Below, piece by piece: positions 27,625 through 37,445 of a stretch of 64,000 nucleotides of DNA. Numbering within the stretch: position 1 is the first letter of the stretch; the number at the start of each line of letters is the position of its first letter. Origin of the DNA: Candidatus Bruticola sp. (lineage in GTDB: Bacteria; Vulcanimicrobiota; Xenobia; Xenobiales; Xenobiaceae); the NCBI GenBank assembly GCA_051874735.1, contig JBJEGD010000031.1, forward strand, positions 159,759 through 223,758, in the 5' to 3' direction. The position numbers and the translations under genes were made by a program. Below the pieces are notes generated by a model. It searched no databases and had not been told where the DNA came from. It was given only the letters and a program-made list of their open reading frames with translations.

Positions 27625-28071
27625 ATGCAGGTTATATTACTTAAAGATGTACCGAAAGTCGGCAAAAAGGGAGAGTTGCACAATGTAGCCGACGGATATG
27701 GCCGCAACTTCTTAGTCGCACGAGGTTTTGCTGAAATCGCTTCTGAAGGCCGTTTGCGCGCTGCCGAAAAAGAGAAAAAAGATCGTGAAGCTCAAGCTCA
27801 AAGAGAAGAAGAGGCTGCTAAGGCTCAAGCTGAGCGACTTCAGAGCAAGCCCTTAGTTATAAAAGCTAATTGTGGAGCTCAGGATAAACTGTTCGGATCT
27901 ATTACTGCCCAAGATATCGCTGAAGCTGTGGCTGCGCAGTTTAACGAAAATATTGATAAAAAAAATATAAAACTTGACGAACCCATTCGCAAGATTGGGA
28001 ACTCAGTTGTAGTTATAAAGCTGCATTCTAAAGTCAAGGCTAACCTTAAGGTTACAGTAGAGAAGGCTTAG
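27625..28071 (+). CDS. rplI: 50S ribosomal protein L9
   Basis: MQVILLKDV..GKKGE..VADGYGRNFL, KLFGSIT. Confidence 0.97.
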   Translation: MQVILLKDVPKVGKKGELHNVADGYGRNFLVARGFAEIASEGRLRAAEKEKKDREAQAQREEEAAKAQAERLQSKPLVIKANCGAQDKLFGSITAQDIAEAVAAQFNENIDKKNIKLDEPIRKIGNSVVVIKLHSKVKANLKVTVEKA

Positions 28072-28099
28072 TTTAATAGATTAAGGTAGCTGTTTTTAG

Positions 28100-28132
28100 G
28101 CCCGCTTCATAATTGGGGCGGGTGTTTTTTTT
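28100..28132 (+). terminator. Terminator-like hairpin between rplI and dnaB
   Basis: GCCCGCTTCA-taat-TGGGGCGGGT followed by a T-run. Confidence 0.65.
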
Positions 28133-28150
28133 GAAAAAAGGAAATTTCTT

Positions 28151-29665
28151 ATGAGCTTAACTTCAATTGAAGACCGCCTGCTTCTGCCTCCTCAGAATGA
28201 AGAAGCGGAGAGAGCCTGTTTAGGGAGCTGTTTAATAGATCCGGAAGCTTTTGATAAAGTTTCTGAAATTTTGGCCGGTCCGGAAGATTTTTATCAAAGA
28301 GCTTATCAAGAAATTTACGCGGCCATGGCCTATTTAGCCGAAAACACTGGTGTGATCGATCTGATTACGGTAAGTAATTATCTGCGTGATCATGGTAAGC
28401 TAGAACACTGCGGCGGAGTCGCCCGTCTTAATGATCTGGTGGAGACTGTGCACAGTTCTGCTCATGTAACGGCGTACGCTAAAATTGTCGCTGATAATGC
28501 AATCGCTAGGCGTCTTCTGCGGGCTGGTGAGACGATCAGTCGCTTAGCTGTCGATCAAGAAATAGAAGTACCTCAGCGCGTCGATCAGGCTGAAGAAGTC
28601 GTTTTTGGAGTAGATAATGCTCATTTTCGTGGTGAGTTAGAGCCTATCTCCGACTCAATTAGCCGAACTTTTGATGAAGCTTATGAAAGATTTTTGGCTG
28701 GTGGCAGTGTCTCTGGACTTTCTTCTGGTTTTACAGAGCTCGATGAACTGACTAATGGTCTTCATCCTGCCAATTTAATTGTAGTTGGAGCTCGTCCCAG
28801 TATGGGTAAAACAGCTTTTGCTCTTTCTATTGCTGTTAATGTAGCTTTAGCTGATAAACCTGGCAAAGTAGCCATATTCTCTCTAGAAATGCCTAGAGAA
28901 GATCTTTGTATGCGCATGATGTGCTCTATTGCGAAGGTAAACGGACAGAGCTTGCGCAGTGGCAAACTCAAACAGCAGGATTGGACGTCTATGGCTGAAG
29001 CTGTTAATAAGTTGAGTAAAGCCCCTATTTTTATAGATGATAGTGGCAGTGTGACTATTTTAGATATGAAAGCTAAATTGCGCCGCTTGAAAAAGCGCAG
29101 CGGACTTGATTTAGTTATTATTGATTACTTGCAGCTTATAAGAGGCAGCGGCGCCAATAGAGTTAGTTCCGAAAGAATATTTGAAATTTCAGAAATCTCC
29201 CGACAACTAAAAGGCCTTTCTAAAGAGCTCAATGTGCCTATTATTGCGCTCTCTCAGCTGAGTCGCAATGTAGAAAGTCGTCAGGATAAGCGGCCTCTGC
29301 TTTCCGATTTGCGTGAATCTGGAGCTATTGAACAGGATGCCGATTTAGTAGCTTTTCTCTATCGGGATGAATATTACAATAAACAGAGTACGGAGCTGAA
29401 TATAGCGGAAGTAATTGTGGCTAAACATCGCAACGGGCCGATAGGTACTCTTAAACTTAAATTCATGAAGCAATTTGGTGGATTCTACAATATAAACTCT
29501 CTAAATTCTGCAGATCTCAGAGCTGTCAATGCTGGAGGACAGAGCGTTTCCTTCGGTCCGGGAGGCAGTTTTACTATGTCTTTACCTAACAAAACAACTA
29601 ATTCTGCAGCCGCGTCGGCTGAATTGGCCGAGGATAGTCTCAATTTAGATGATATTCCCATTTGA
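28151..29665 (+). CDS. dnaB: Replicative DNA helicase with C-terminal extension
   Basis: PPQNEEAE, GARPSMGKT, FSLEM, IIDYLQL, LSQLSR, SDLRESGAIEQDAD, AKHRNGPIG. Confidence 0.97.
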   Translation: MSLTSIEDRLLLPPQNEEAERACLGSCLIDPEAFDKVSEILAGPEDFYQRAYQEIYAAMAYLAENTGVIDLITVSNYLRDHGKLEHCGGVARLNDLVETVHSSAHVTAYAKIVADNAIARRLLRAGETISRLAVDQEIEVPQRVDQAEEVVFGVDNAHFRGELEPISDSISRTFDEAYERFLAGGSVSGLSSGFTELDELTNGLHPANLIVVGARPSMGKTAFALSIAVNVALADKPGKVAIFSLEMPREDLCMRMMCSIAKVNGQSLRSGKLKQQDWTSMAEAVNKLSKAPIFIDDSGSVTILDMKAKLRRLKKRSGLDLVIIDYLQLIRGSGANRVSSERIFEISEISRQLKGLSKELNVPIIALSQLSRNVESRQDKRPLLSDLRESGAIEQDADLVAFLYRDEYYNKQSTELNIAEVIVAKHRNGPIGTLKLKFMKQFGGFYNINSLNSADLRAVNAGGQSVSFGPGGSFTMSLPNKTTNSAAASAELAEDSLNLDDIPI

Positions 29666-29716
29666 AAATAGCCGAGAGATAACTTAAAATGAAGTTTTAC
29701 CTCTCGGCTATTTTTT
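29665..29716. terminator. Bidirectional terminator
   Basis: AAAATAGCCGAGAG..CTCTCGGCTATTTT between convergent genes. Confidence 0.75.
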
Positions 29717-29744
29717 ATAAAGCTTAATTTAGATAGTGTTTGAG

Positions 29745-30107
29745 TTACGGGCGGATTATTTTGTCAGCTTTGACTAGAATTGAGGAGATAGAGGCCATAT
29801 CGGAAACAGTTCCGATCATCTGCTCAGCTTGCAGGGAATAATGATCTAGGCAAGTGGAACATAGCAAAATTTTGCATCCCTTATCTTGCATAAAAGATAG
29901 CGACAGAGCAGTATCGCTGCCGCGTACAGCATTGAAAACGCCCTCAGTGTAACAGACTATGGTATCTATTTTATCCGCCTTATTCTCCATATTGTGAAGG
30001 AATTTGGCCATCATAGTTTTTCCGAACTCTAAACTATGGTTGGTGTCCTGATTAGCAATTTGGCCGATTGTGCCCAGAACAGCACTCGTTAAAAGCAAAA
30101 CTGTCAT
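29745..30107 (-). CDS. DsrE-family protein resembling selenium metabolism protein YedF
   Basis: FGKTMMAKFL, YTEGV, ILLCSTCLDHY, GTVSDM. Confidence 0.75.
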   Translation of the reverse strand: MTVLLLTSAVLGTIGQIANQDTNHSLEFGKTMMAKFLHNMENKADKIDTIVCYTEGVFNAVRGSDTALSLSFMQDKGCKILLCSTCLDHYSLQAEQMIGTVSDMASISSILVKADKIIRP

Positions 30108-30128
30108 TTTAAGTCAGACTCCTGTTAA

Positions 30129-31880
30129 TTAATATACTACTTCTGTGGTATCTAAAGTGATATTAAGACGCTCCTCTATTTCAAAAAGGCGCGGCCAAGG
30201 AAGAGTTATTTCGATAAACATGCTGCGAAAAACTAATTTACGCCTTGCAATGGGCGAATAATAACTCTGTCCAGACAGTTTTTCATCCCAAAGTTGCTGA
30301 GCCCAGGGAATAGCGGCTTGGCGGGCTGCTAAACCGGCCGGGCCGGCTGCATTGATTAGAGGATTAGCCCTAATATCAATATTTTTGTATTCTTGACTCA
30401 AATTTTGGCGTATAACCGCTTGGTAAGCGTAGTCGTCGATCAGTCGGGCCACAGTAAAAGCCTGGTGAGTTTTTTCACTTTCTAGTTGGCGACTGAAGTT
30501 CCAATTATGTCCTTTTACCATAGCTATTTGCTGAGCGCATGCCTGAGCTATAGCTGTTCCTAATGAATTAGAAGGGGTATTCCAGGCTGAATAGCAAGCA
30601 AATTCCCAGATGGGGATATTGTCTATTAGGGTTTGTGCGAAAATTGGCTCAGCCCTGTTTACTAAATGGAGATCGGCTACTCCGTAAGGGCGCTTTCTTT
30701 GTCCGGAAAACTTACTGTTGATGCGTTTTAATAGATGCTCAGCCTGGGTTTTAGTTTCCTCATTTCCCTCCAAACTGGGTGGGGTAAAAGGTTGGTCGCT
30801 TGGAGTTTCGATAAATATTACTGTGCCAGTATTTTCTGTTTTTGCAGCTCCGCTCAGCTTTATGTGCAAGCGGGCTGTTTCTTCCAGGGTGAAAGATTCC
30901 AGCGGCGGCACTTTGTTTTTATCTTCCGGATTTGAATAGTCCAGCTCTAAATGGGGAGTGTAACCTGATTCCTGAGCTAGCCAGCTAGCTGTCATATTGG
31001 AAGCCAGTTCATCAGCTCCGCAGAGAATATCGACTTTATCGTTTATGCCTAGCTCTTGAACTTTGGCTTTTAACTGCGCTATTTCACTAATATGAATGCC
31101 CGTTCGGCTAGAATCATCCTGACCTATAACTAGATGGTCGATAATACCTTGATGAGTAAATATCAATAAGTTGTAAATAACTTCCAGGTTGCGATTCCTA
31201 ACTTGCATGTACTCACGAAAGTATTTTTCCGGTACGTTAGTCGGTGGGGCCATTTGACCTTGGGCCGCCCAGTTGCGCAGACTGGCTTCGTAGGGAGCTT
31301 GTTCGTCAGATGTGCGTAGCGACAGACGTGGCACGATAGTTAATACTTCTAATCTCTGGCCTTTTTTGGCTAATTCAGGCAGAATATTCAAGTTGGCCAG
31401 AGCCTCAGCTACGCTGAGTTTGGCCGTGCGTGAGGCAATCAAGCCTCCGTAAGCCAGCATGTCGGCGGATATAATAGCATTGGAGCAGAGAGGCTGACTG
31501 CGAAGCCAATCTTTTATCTGTTGCGGGTTGCCTGGCTTATACGCTTTACCTAACCAATATCGCTCTGGGCTAATTAAGTGACCGCCGCCAATGCGGGCTA
31601 TTTGACCAGGAAAAAGCCAGTTGCAGGGACGATCGTCCAAAGGTACATAAAGAGCTTCCCAGGTTTCGCCCGAATTTACAGCTGGCTGATTTTTTTTAGA
31701 GGATGAGGCCGTTGGGTGGGCCTTATTTGTATCTGATAGCTCAGACGCTTCATTTTGTGCTGGTACGTACACTGAAGTTGGAATAGCACTAGTTTGTGGG
31801 GGCTGAGGTATTTCAGCTGATGCTGCCGAGCAAAGAAAAATAATGGTAGTAAGGAGGCAAAAAATCGGTCTTTTGAACAT
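30129..31880 (-). CDS. DUF4127 family exported protein
   Basis: YVPLDDRPCN, SADMLAYGGLIASR, IGQDD, GADE, YSAWNTPSNSLGTAIA, DDYAYQ, LPWPRLFE. Confidence 0.85.
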   Translation of the reverse strand: MFKRPIFCLLTTIIFLCSAASAEIPQPPQTSAIPTSVYVPAQNEASELSDTNKAHPTASSSKKNQPAVNSGETWEALYVPLDDRPCNWLFPGQIARIGGGHLISPERYWLGKAYKPGNPQQIKDWLRSQPLCSNAIISADMLAYGGLIASRTAKLSVAEALANLNILPELAKKGQRLEVLTIVPRLSLRTSDEQAPYEASLRNWAAQGQMAPPTNVPEKYFREYMQVRNRNLEVIYNLLIFTHQGIIDHLVIGQDDSSRTGIHISEIAQLKAKVQELGINDKVDILCGADELASNMTASWLAQESGYTPHLELDYSNPEDKNKVPPLESFTLEETARLHIKLSGAAKTENTGTVIFIETPSDQPFTPPSLEGNEETKTQAEHLLKRINSKFSGQRKRPYGVADLHLVNRAEPIFAQTLIDNIPIWEFACYSAWNTPSNSLGTAIAQACAQQIAMVKGHNWNFSRQLESEKTHQAFTVARLIDDYAYQAVIRQNLSQEYKNIDIRANPLINAAGPAGLAARQAAIPWAQQLWDEKLSGQSYYSPIARRKLVFRSMFIEITLPWPRLFEIEERLNITLDTTEVVY

Positions 31881-32010
31881 GTGTTAGACTTTTCTTTAGT
31901 CTATGTCTACCTCCTTCGCTATTTAAAGGTAGTCTCTTAGGCGGGAAAGCGGTAATATAGCTTGTACATTTCCCTAGCCGAGTAACTGTTTTGCTCAGAG
32001 GTGTCTATAA

Positions 32011-32994
32011 ATGAATAAAATTAAAATTTCCTTATTTTTGCTGCTAGTTGTTTGGGCAGTTTCACTTTTGCTTCTACCCATTCCCTTGCATGCCCAGGGA
32101 CTAACTGCGCCCCGTTTATTAATATCGTGCTTTTTAGGCGATTCTATGAGCGTAGTTGATGCTAGAACTGTACGCGTTAAAGGAACTTTTTCCATAGGCA
32201 GTAATCCGGAGCGCATGTCAGTTTCTCCAGATAACCGTTATATAGCTGTGGCTCAGCCTAAAAATAGCTGTATATCTGTGATAGAGAGCAGTAATATGCG
32301 CTTCGGCAATACTTATACCGATGAAAATATCAAAGCGCCTGTCGATGTTTGTTTTTCTACTGATGGAGCCAGGCTCTATGTGCTCGAATCTTCGACTTGC
32401 TCTTTGGTAGAGCTGCACGTACCCTCTTTTAAGGTTGTGCGCACTCTTTCTTTAAATGCTTTGGCGCCCAGTTTAATGCGTATTTCTAAAAATGGCGCCA
32501 AAATGTTTATATCTCATGAAAATACTGGAATAATTACGGTTGTCGATCTCTTTAATTGGTCAATCTTTAAGCAAGTGGGAGTAGGGCCTACTGCTGGCGG
32601 CTTAGACTTGTCTAAGGACAACGGACGTTTAATTGTAGCCTTGCCTTCAGAGAGCAAAGTCGGTATTTACAAAACTACCGACATGCGTCTGCTCAGCAAA
32701 GTTCCAGTGGGATCTGGAGCTAGTATAGTTGGAGTCTCCTCTGAAGATCAGGTGGTGGTCATTAACTCTATATCTAACGATGTGTCTATATTCCCTCTAG
32801 ATCGTCCTTCTATGCGTTTTCGTACTGCAGTAGGCGTAGGCCCTCGCGATCTTTGTTTTGCTCCAGATGGTTCTATGTGCTATATAGCTAACTTTAATAC
32901 TAATGACCTTTCAGTTATAGACATGAAAAGTGGTCATCAGTTGGGCCGCTTGGCTATAGGCCAAGGGCCGCGCAGCATTGTTTGGGTTTATTAG
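32011..32994 (+). CDS. YVTN/YncE-type beta-propeller, exported
   Basis: Signal peptide; repeats such as IGSNPERMSVSPD, VGVGPRDLCFAPDG, SNDVS. Confidence 0.85.
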   Translation: MNKIKISLFLLLVVWAVSLLLLPIPLHAQGLTAPRLLISCFLGDSMSVVDARTVRVKGTFSIGSNPERMSVSPDNRYIAVAQPKNSCISVIESSNMRFGNTYTDENIKAPVDVCFSTDGARLYVLESSTCSLVELHVPSFKVVRTLSLNALAPSLMRISKNGAKMFISHENTGIITVVDLFNWSIFKQVGVGPTAGGLDLSKDNGRLIVALPSESKVGIYKTTDMRLLSKVPVGSGASIVGVSSEDQVVVINSISNDVSIFPLDRPSMRFRTAVGVGPRDLCFAPDGSMCYIANFNTNDLSVIDMKSGHQLGRLAIGQGPRSIVWVY

Positions 32995-33130
32995 TTTTTT
33001 TATTCCTATTGTTCAGCTGAGCAAAAAAGGATGACTCTAGGCCGAGGCGAAAGGCAAAGACCGATTTGCAAAGGGCGGCAGCGCCTCATATCGTCTCAGA
33101 TTTTTTTCTTTATTTTAAGGAGTATTTTCC

Positions 33131-35647
33131 ATGCAATACGATCCGGCTAGTTTTGAACAAAAATGGCGTGATATTTGGGAATCTAAAAAGTTGCACCACG
33201 CTGTTAAGAGCGACAGCCGCCCTAAGTATTATTGCCTTGATATGTTCCCTTATCCGTCTGGCGAAGGGCTCCATGTCGGTCATTGGCGCGGTTACGTTCT
33301 TTCCGATGTAATGAGCCGCTATATGACTCTGCATGGACGCCAGGTGCTCCATCCTATGGGGTGGGATGCGTTTGGTCTGCCTGCTGAAAATGCAGCTATT
33401 AAACGAAAAATTCATCCTGTTGCCCAAACGATGGCTGCTACCACGAATATGCGTAGACAGCTCAAAGATATGGGATCTATGTACGATTGGGATCGCGAAG
33501 TTAACTCTTCTCTTCCTGAATATTACAAATGGACGCAGTGGACTTTCTTAAAAGTTTATGAAGCTGGTTTAGCTTATAAAAAAGAAGCTCCCATTAACTG
33601 GTGTCCTTCTTGCGCTACCGGTTTGGCTGATGAAGAGGTAAAAGAGGGGCGCTGTGAGCGTTGTGGCACGTTGGTGACTAAAAAAGGACTGCCTCAGTGG
33701 TTTTTTGCTATAAGCAAGTACGCTCAGCGCCTTATTGACGATCTTAAAGATCTCGATTGGCCGGAAAAAGTTAAGAAAATGCAGATCGATTGGATCGGCC
33801 GCAGTGAAGGAGCTGAAGTCCATTTCGCTATTGAGGGGCATGAAGGCGAGCAGTTAACTATCTTTACTACTCGTCCCGACACTATTTACGGAGCTTCCTA
33901 TATGGTTTTGGCTCCAGAACATGAGTTGGTGCGCCATATTACTACTCCCGATAGGCTGGAAAAAGTAGAGGCTTACATTACTCGTACCTGTTCGCGCACT
34001 GAGGTAGAGCGTCAGGAACAGAAAGAAAAGACTGGTGAATTTACTGGCGCTTACGCAGTCAACCCTGTAAACGGTGATAAAATTCCTATCTGGATTGCCG
34101 ACTATGTGCTCATGGGCTATGGTACCGGAGCTATTATGGCTGTACCAGCTCACGATGATCGCGACTGGGAATTTGCTAAAGCGTTTAATCTGCCTATTAA
34201 ACAGGTGGTTATGACTGCGGAGCAAGCTCAGGCTTTAAAATCTGCAGGAGTCGATTTCAATGATGCAGCTGCCGTAAGTGCTGCTTGGAAAGAGAAATTT
34301 GGCCATCTTCCTTACGAACAGCCTTACTGTGAGTTGGGCTTTATGATCAACTCCGAAGAATTTTCTGGTTTAACTTCTGAAGCTGGTAAAAAGGCTGTAG
34401 TAGCTAAATTTGAAAAGATGAGTTTGGGTGAGGCTGTGGTAAATTATCGTCTGCGAGACTGGTTGGTTTCGCGTCAGCGTTATTGGGGAGCCCCCATTCC
34501 CATGGTTTACTGCGACAAGTGCGGTATAGTGCCCGTTCCAGAAGAGCAGCTGCCCGTACTTCTCCCTCATGTGGAAAGTTACGAACCTTCCGGTACAGGC
34601 GCCTCTCCTTTGGCTTCTTTACCAGAGTTTGTAAATACCTCTTGCCCTAAGTGTGGCGGTCCGGCCAGACGTGATACTGACACCATTTCTCAGTGGATCT
34701 GCTCATCTTGGTATTTCTTGCGCTATCCTTCGTACGATTGTAACGAAGCTGCTTGGCGTCGTGAAGATGTCGATTTTTGGAATCCCGTAGACCTCTATGT
34801 CGGCGGTATTGAACACGCTGTGTTGCATCTACTTTACAGTCGTTTTTATACTAAAATTTTCTACGATTTAGGTCTAGTAGGATTCAAAGAGCCTTTCACT
34901 CGTTTGTTTAATCAAGGCATGATTACCCGAGTTGGCAGCTCTGGCCGTTTAGAAAAAATGAGCAAATCGAAGGGCAATGTGGTCAATCCGGATGATTTAG
35001 TCAGTAAGTACGGTACAGACGCTCTGCGCGCTTATTTGCTCTTTATTGGGCCGCCTGAACTCGACGCTGAGTGGAATGACTCGGGCATTGAGGGCGTTTA
35101 TCGTTGGATTCGTCGCATCTGGACGCTTATTACGGAATGTCAAATTACCCCTGGCAAGGAAACAGATCCTGAAATATTGAGAACTTCTCACAAGTTTATC
35201 AAGAAGATTAATGAAGATCTGTCCCGTCTCCATCTTAATACTGTGGTAGCGGCTATGATGGAATGGAGCAACTTCCTGATCTCTAAAGGAGCTAAGGGAC
35301 CGATTGCTCAGGAAACTTTGGAACAGTATGTTATTGTTATGTCTCCTATGGCTCCTCATGCTGCGGAAGAGCTTTGGTCCTTCTTGGGTCATGAAAAGGG
35401 TATTTTCGAAAGTCGTCCAGCCTGGCCAGAGCATTGCGACGAACATTTAGTGGAGAACGACTTTAACTTAGTAGTGCAAGTAAACGGTAAAATGCGCGAT
35501 ATGATCCGCGTTTCTAAAGATCTTTCCAGAGAAGAGCTAGAAGAACGCGCCAAGAACGCTTCTAAAGCAGCATCCAGTTTAACCGATAAAACTATACGTA
35601 AAGTTATCTATGTGCCTAATAAGCTCATTAATTTTGTAGTTGGTTAA
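33131..35647 (+). CDS. leuS: Leucyl-tRNA synthetase
   Basis: MFPYPSG, HVGH, FTTRPDT, GTGAIMAVPAHD, SRQRYWGAPIP, KMSKS. Confidence 0.98.
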   Translation: MQYDPASFEQKWRDIWESKKLHHAVKSDSRPKYYCLDMFPYPSGEGLHVGHWRGYVLSDVMSRYMTLHGRQVLHPMGWDAFGLPAENAAIKRKIHPVAQTMAATTNMRRQLKDMGSMYDWDREVNSSLPEYYKWTQWTFLKVYEAGLAYKKEAPINWCPSCATGLADEEVKEGRCERCGTLVTKKGLPQWFFAISKYAQRLIDDLKDLDWPEKVKKMQIDWIGRSEGAEVHFAIEGHEGEQLTIFTTRPDTIYGASYMVLAPEHELVRHITTPDRLEKVEAYITRTCSRTEVERQEQKEKTGEFTGAYAVNPVNGDKIPIWIADYVLMGYGTGAIMAVPAHDDRDWEFAKAFNLPIKQVVMTAEQAQALKSAGVDFNDAAAVSAAWKEKFGHLPYEQPYCELGFMINSEEFSGLTSEAGKKAVVAKFEKMSLGEAVVNYRLRDWLVSRQRYWGAPIPMVYCDKCGIVPVPEEQLPVLLPHVESYEPSGTGASPLASLPEFVNTSCPKCGGPARRDTDTISQWICSSWYFLRYPSYDCNEAAWRREDVDFWNPVDLYVGGIEHAVLHLLYSRFYTKIFYDLGLVGFKEPFTRLFNQGMITRVGSSGRLEKMSKSKGNVVNPDDLVSKYGTDALRAYLLFIGPPELDAEWNDSGIEGVYRWIRRIWTLITECQITPGKETDPEILRTSHKFIKKINEDLSRLHLNTVVAAMMEWSNFLISKGAKGPIAQETLEQYVIVMSPMAPHAAEELWSFLGHEKGIFESRPAWPEHCDEHLVENDFNLVVQVNGKMRDMIRVSKDLSREELEERAKNASKAASSLTDKTIRKVIYVPNKLINFVVG

Positions 35648-35676
35648 GAAGGCTTTAATTACTTAGCCCTTAAAAT

Positions 35677-35720
35677 AAGAGCGTCTGGAAGTTCTGTGAC
35701 GAGCTCTCAGCCGCTCTTTT
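35677..35720 (+). terminator. Terminator after leuS
   Basis: AAGAGCG..CGCTCTTTT imperfect hairpin. Confidence 0.55.
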
Positions 35721-35782
35721 CTTTATATGTCTGGGGAGAAGAAAAACCTGCTGCAGTTATTATCTATTATGAGGAACTTGTT

Positions 35783-37345
35783 ATGCATAAAAAATTCAGC
35801 AATAGTTTTACTGCTTTAATTTTAGGACTTTCTCTAAGCGGGTTGGCCGTCTGGGGTTGCACTCCAGTGCAAGCTCAAATTCCCGATAGTAGGGTAGAAA
35901 GTCAGTTAGTGCAGATGGCTAGAGAAGGCGATATTGAGGCTGTCTACAATTTAGCCATGTCTTATATTTACGGCGACAAGGTATACACTAACTATAAAGA
36001 GGCAGCCAAACTTTTAGAAAAAGCTATTAAAGCTGAATATTATCCGGCTTACGGAGCTTTAGCTTTTTTGTATGTTCACGGTTGGGGGGTAAGTTTCGAT
36101 GGGGAGAAAGCTTTTGAACTGTGTAAACAGGGAGCTGCCCATCAAGATAGTCGTTCTATTTACGGTTTAGGAGTGTGCTACGATTACGGCATTGGTGTTC
36201 TGCCTAACTTAGCTACAGCTAGGGATTATTACCGCAAGGCAGCCTCAGCTGGATGCTATTTAGGCTGGCACGGTCTGGCTCGTTTAGAAACGGCTCAACG
36301 CTCACCTTACGCCAATGCTAAACTTTGTAAAGAATTTTCAGCTAAGGCTTTGCAAACTTGGCTAGATTCTGACAGCCTTTTTTTTCAGTCAGAAATGCGA
36401 TCCGATTTAAGAAATTGTCCAGAATATATTGAACGGTGTATTGAAAAGCTCAAAAAAGGATTAGATCCTCATTCTATTACTTACTCTATAAGCGCTGCTC
36501 AGTATTTCAGCTTAGCTGAGGCATTTTATGAGAAATATTTAAATATAACTAAAAGTCCGGATGATCGTTTTAATGCTTACAATTTTGCTTCTGATGCAAT
36601 TGACTTAAATTATTTGCCTGCTCAAGTTACTTTAGCCCAATTGCTGAATGATAGAAAAGATCATGAACAAGCATTTACAATCTTTAGGTATCTATCGGCG
36701 GAAGGTGATTCCCAGTCTACGTTAGCTTTAGCTAGATATGCCGAAAAATATCCCCATAAGATTAAACAGCAATTTTGGCCTAAAATTTTGCTCAATTTAA
36801 AAAAATTTGATTATCATGGGGTTTATCGTTCGCAAGCCCACTACTTGCTCTTAACCGATCCTGACAATTTGGCGGGAAGTGAAGTCTCAGCAGAAAATTA
36901 CCTATCTTTGTTGCATAAAGCTGCTGATGGAGGCGATGGAGAGGCTTGTTTGGAATTAAGTGATATTTACAATACCGGAGAGGTCGCTGGTGGAAGATGG
37001 TCTGTGGAAGAGGATCAGGATAAGGCTTTTGCCTATTTAGCTGCTCCTTTAGCCAATATTTATCCTTTAGACTATTCTGATCCTCTTATCAAGTACCGTT
37101 TTGCCGCTTTAGGTGATCGCTATTTATATGGTAAAGGTACTCAAGTTAATACTAGCCAAGCTGCACTTTGTTATGAACGTTCTTTGTCATTAGGTTATAA
37201 CGATCGGGCTGCTTATCGTTTAGGAAGTCTGTTATTTAAACATGAAAATCAGGAGAAAAGAGCCAGAGGACGCCGTCTTTTACGTCGCGTGGCTCAAGAA
37301 GCTAATTCTCCCTATGCTTTCGGAGCGAAACGTTTGCTTCAGTAA
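35783..37345 (+). CDS. Sel1-repeat exported protein
   Basis: Signal peptide; YGLGVCYDYGIGV, LGDRYLYGKGT, AADGGDGEA repeats. GAGG SD before ATG 35783. Confidence 0.85.
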   Translation: MHKKFSNSFTALILGLSLSGLAVWGCTPVQAQIPDSRVESQLVQMAREGDIEAVYNLAMSYIYGDKVYTNYKEAAKLLEKAIKAEYYPAYGALAFLYVHGWGVSFDGEKAFELCKQGAAHQDSRSIYGLGVCYDYGIGVLPNLATARDYYRKAASAGCYLGWHGLARLETAQRSPYANAKLCKEFSAKALQTWLDSDSLFFQSEMRSDLRNCPEYIERCIEKLKKGLDPHSITYSISAAQYFSLAEAFYEKYLNITKSPDDRFNAYNFASDAIDLNYLPAQVTLAQLLNDRKDHEQAFTIFRYLSAEGDSQSTLALARYAEKYPHKIKQQFWPKILLNLKKFDYHGVYRSQAHYLLLTDPDNLAGSEVSAENYLSLLHKAADGGDGEACLELSDIYNTGEVAGGRWSVEEDQDKAFAYLAAPLANIYPLDYSDPLIKYRFAALGDRYLYGKGTQVNTSQAALCYERSLSLGYNDRAAYRLGSLLFKHENQEKRARGRRLLRRVAQEANSPYAFGAKRLLQ

Positions 37346-37368
37346 ACGGAAGCTAATCCGAAAATATC

Positions 37369-37419
37369 AAATGGGCGCGGCCGCCCCTAATTTTTTAGAG
37401 ACTGGCCGCGCCCATTTTT
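37369..37419. terminator. Bidirectional terminator
   Basis: AAATGGGCGCGGCC..GGCCGCGCCCATTT. Confidence 0.75.
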
Positions 37420-37445
37420 AACTTAGCGCATCACAAAGTGTAGGC

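Noticed and set aside
28151-29665. Intein in DnaB to explain its extra length
   Set aside because: Core motifs are contiguous and there is no C..HN-S/T/C intein signature; the extra length is a C-terminal tail.
33040-33100. c-di-GMP-I riboswitch (GGCAAA plus GNRA hairpin)
   Set aside because: The GGGACGCAAAG segment and second stem are missing, and the leuS context is atypical.
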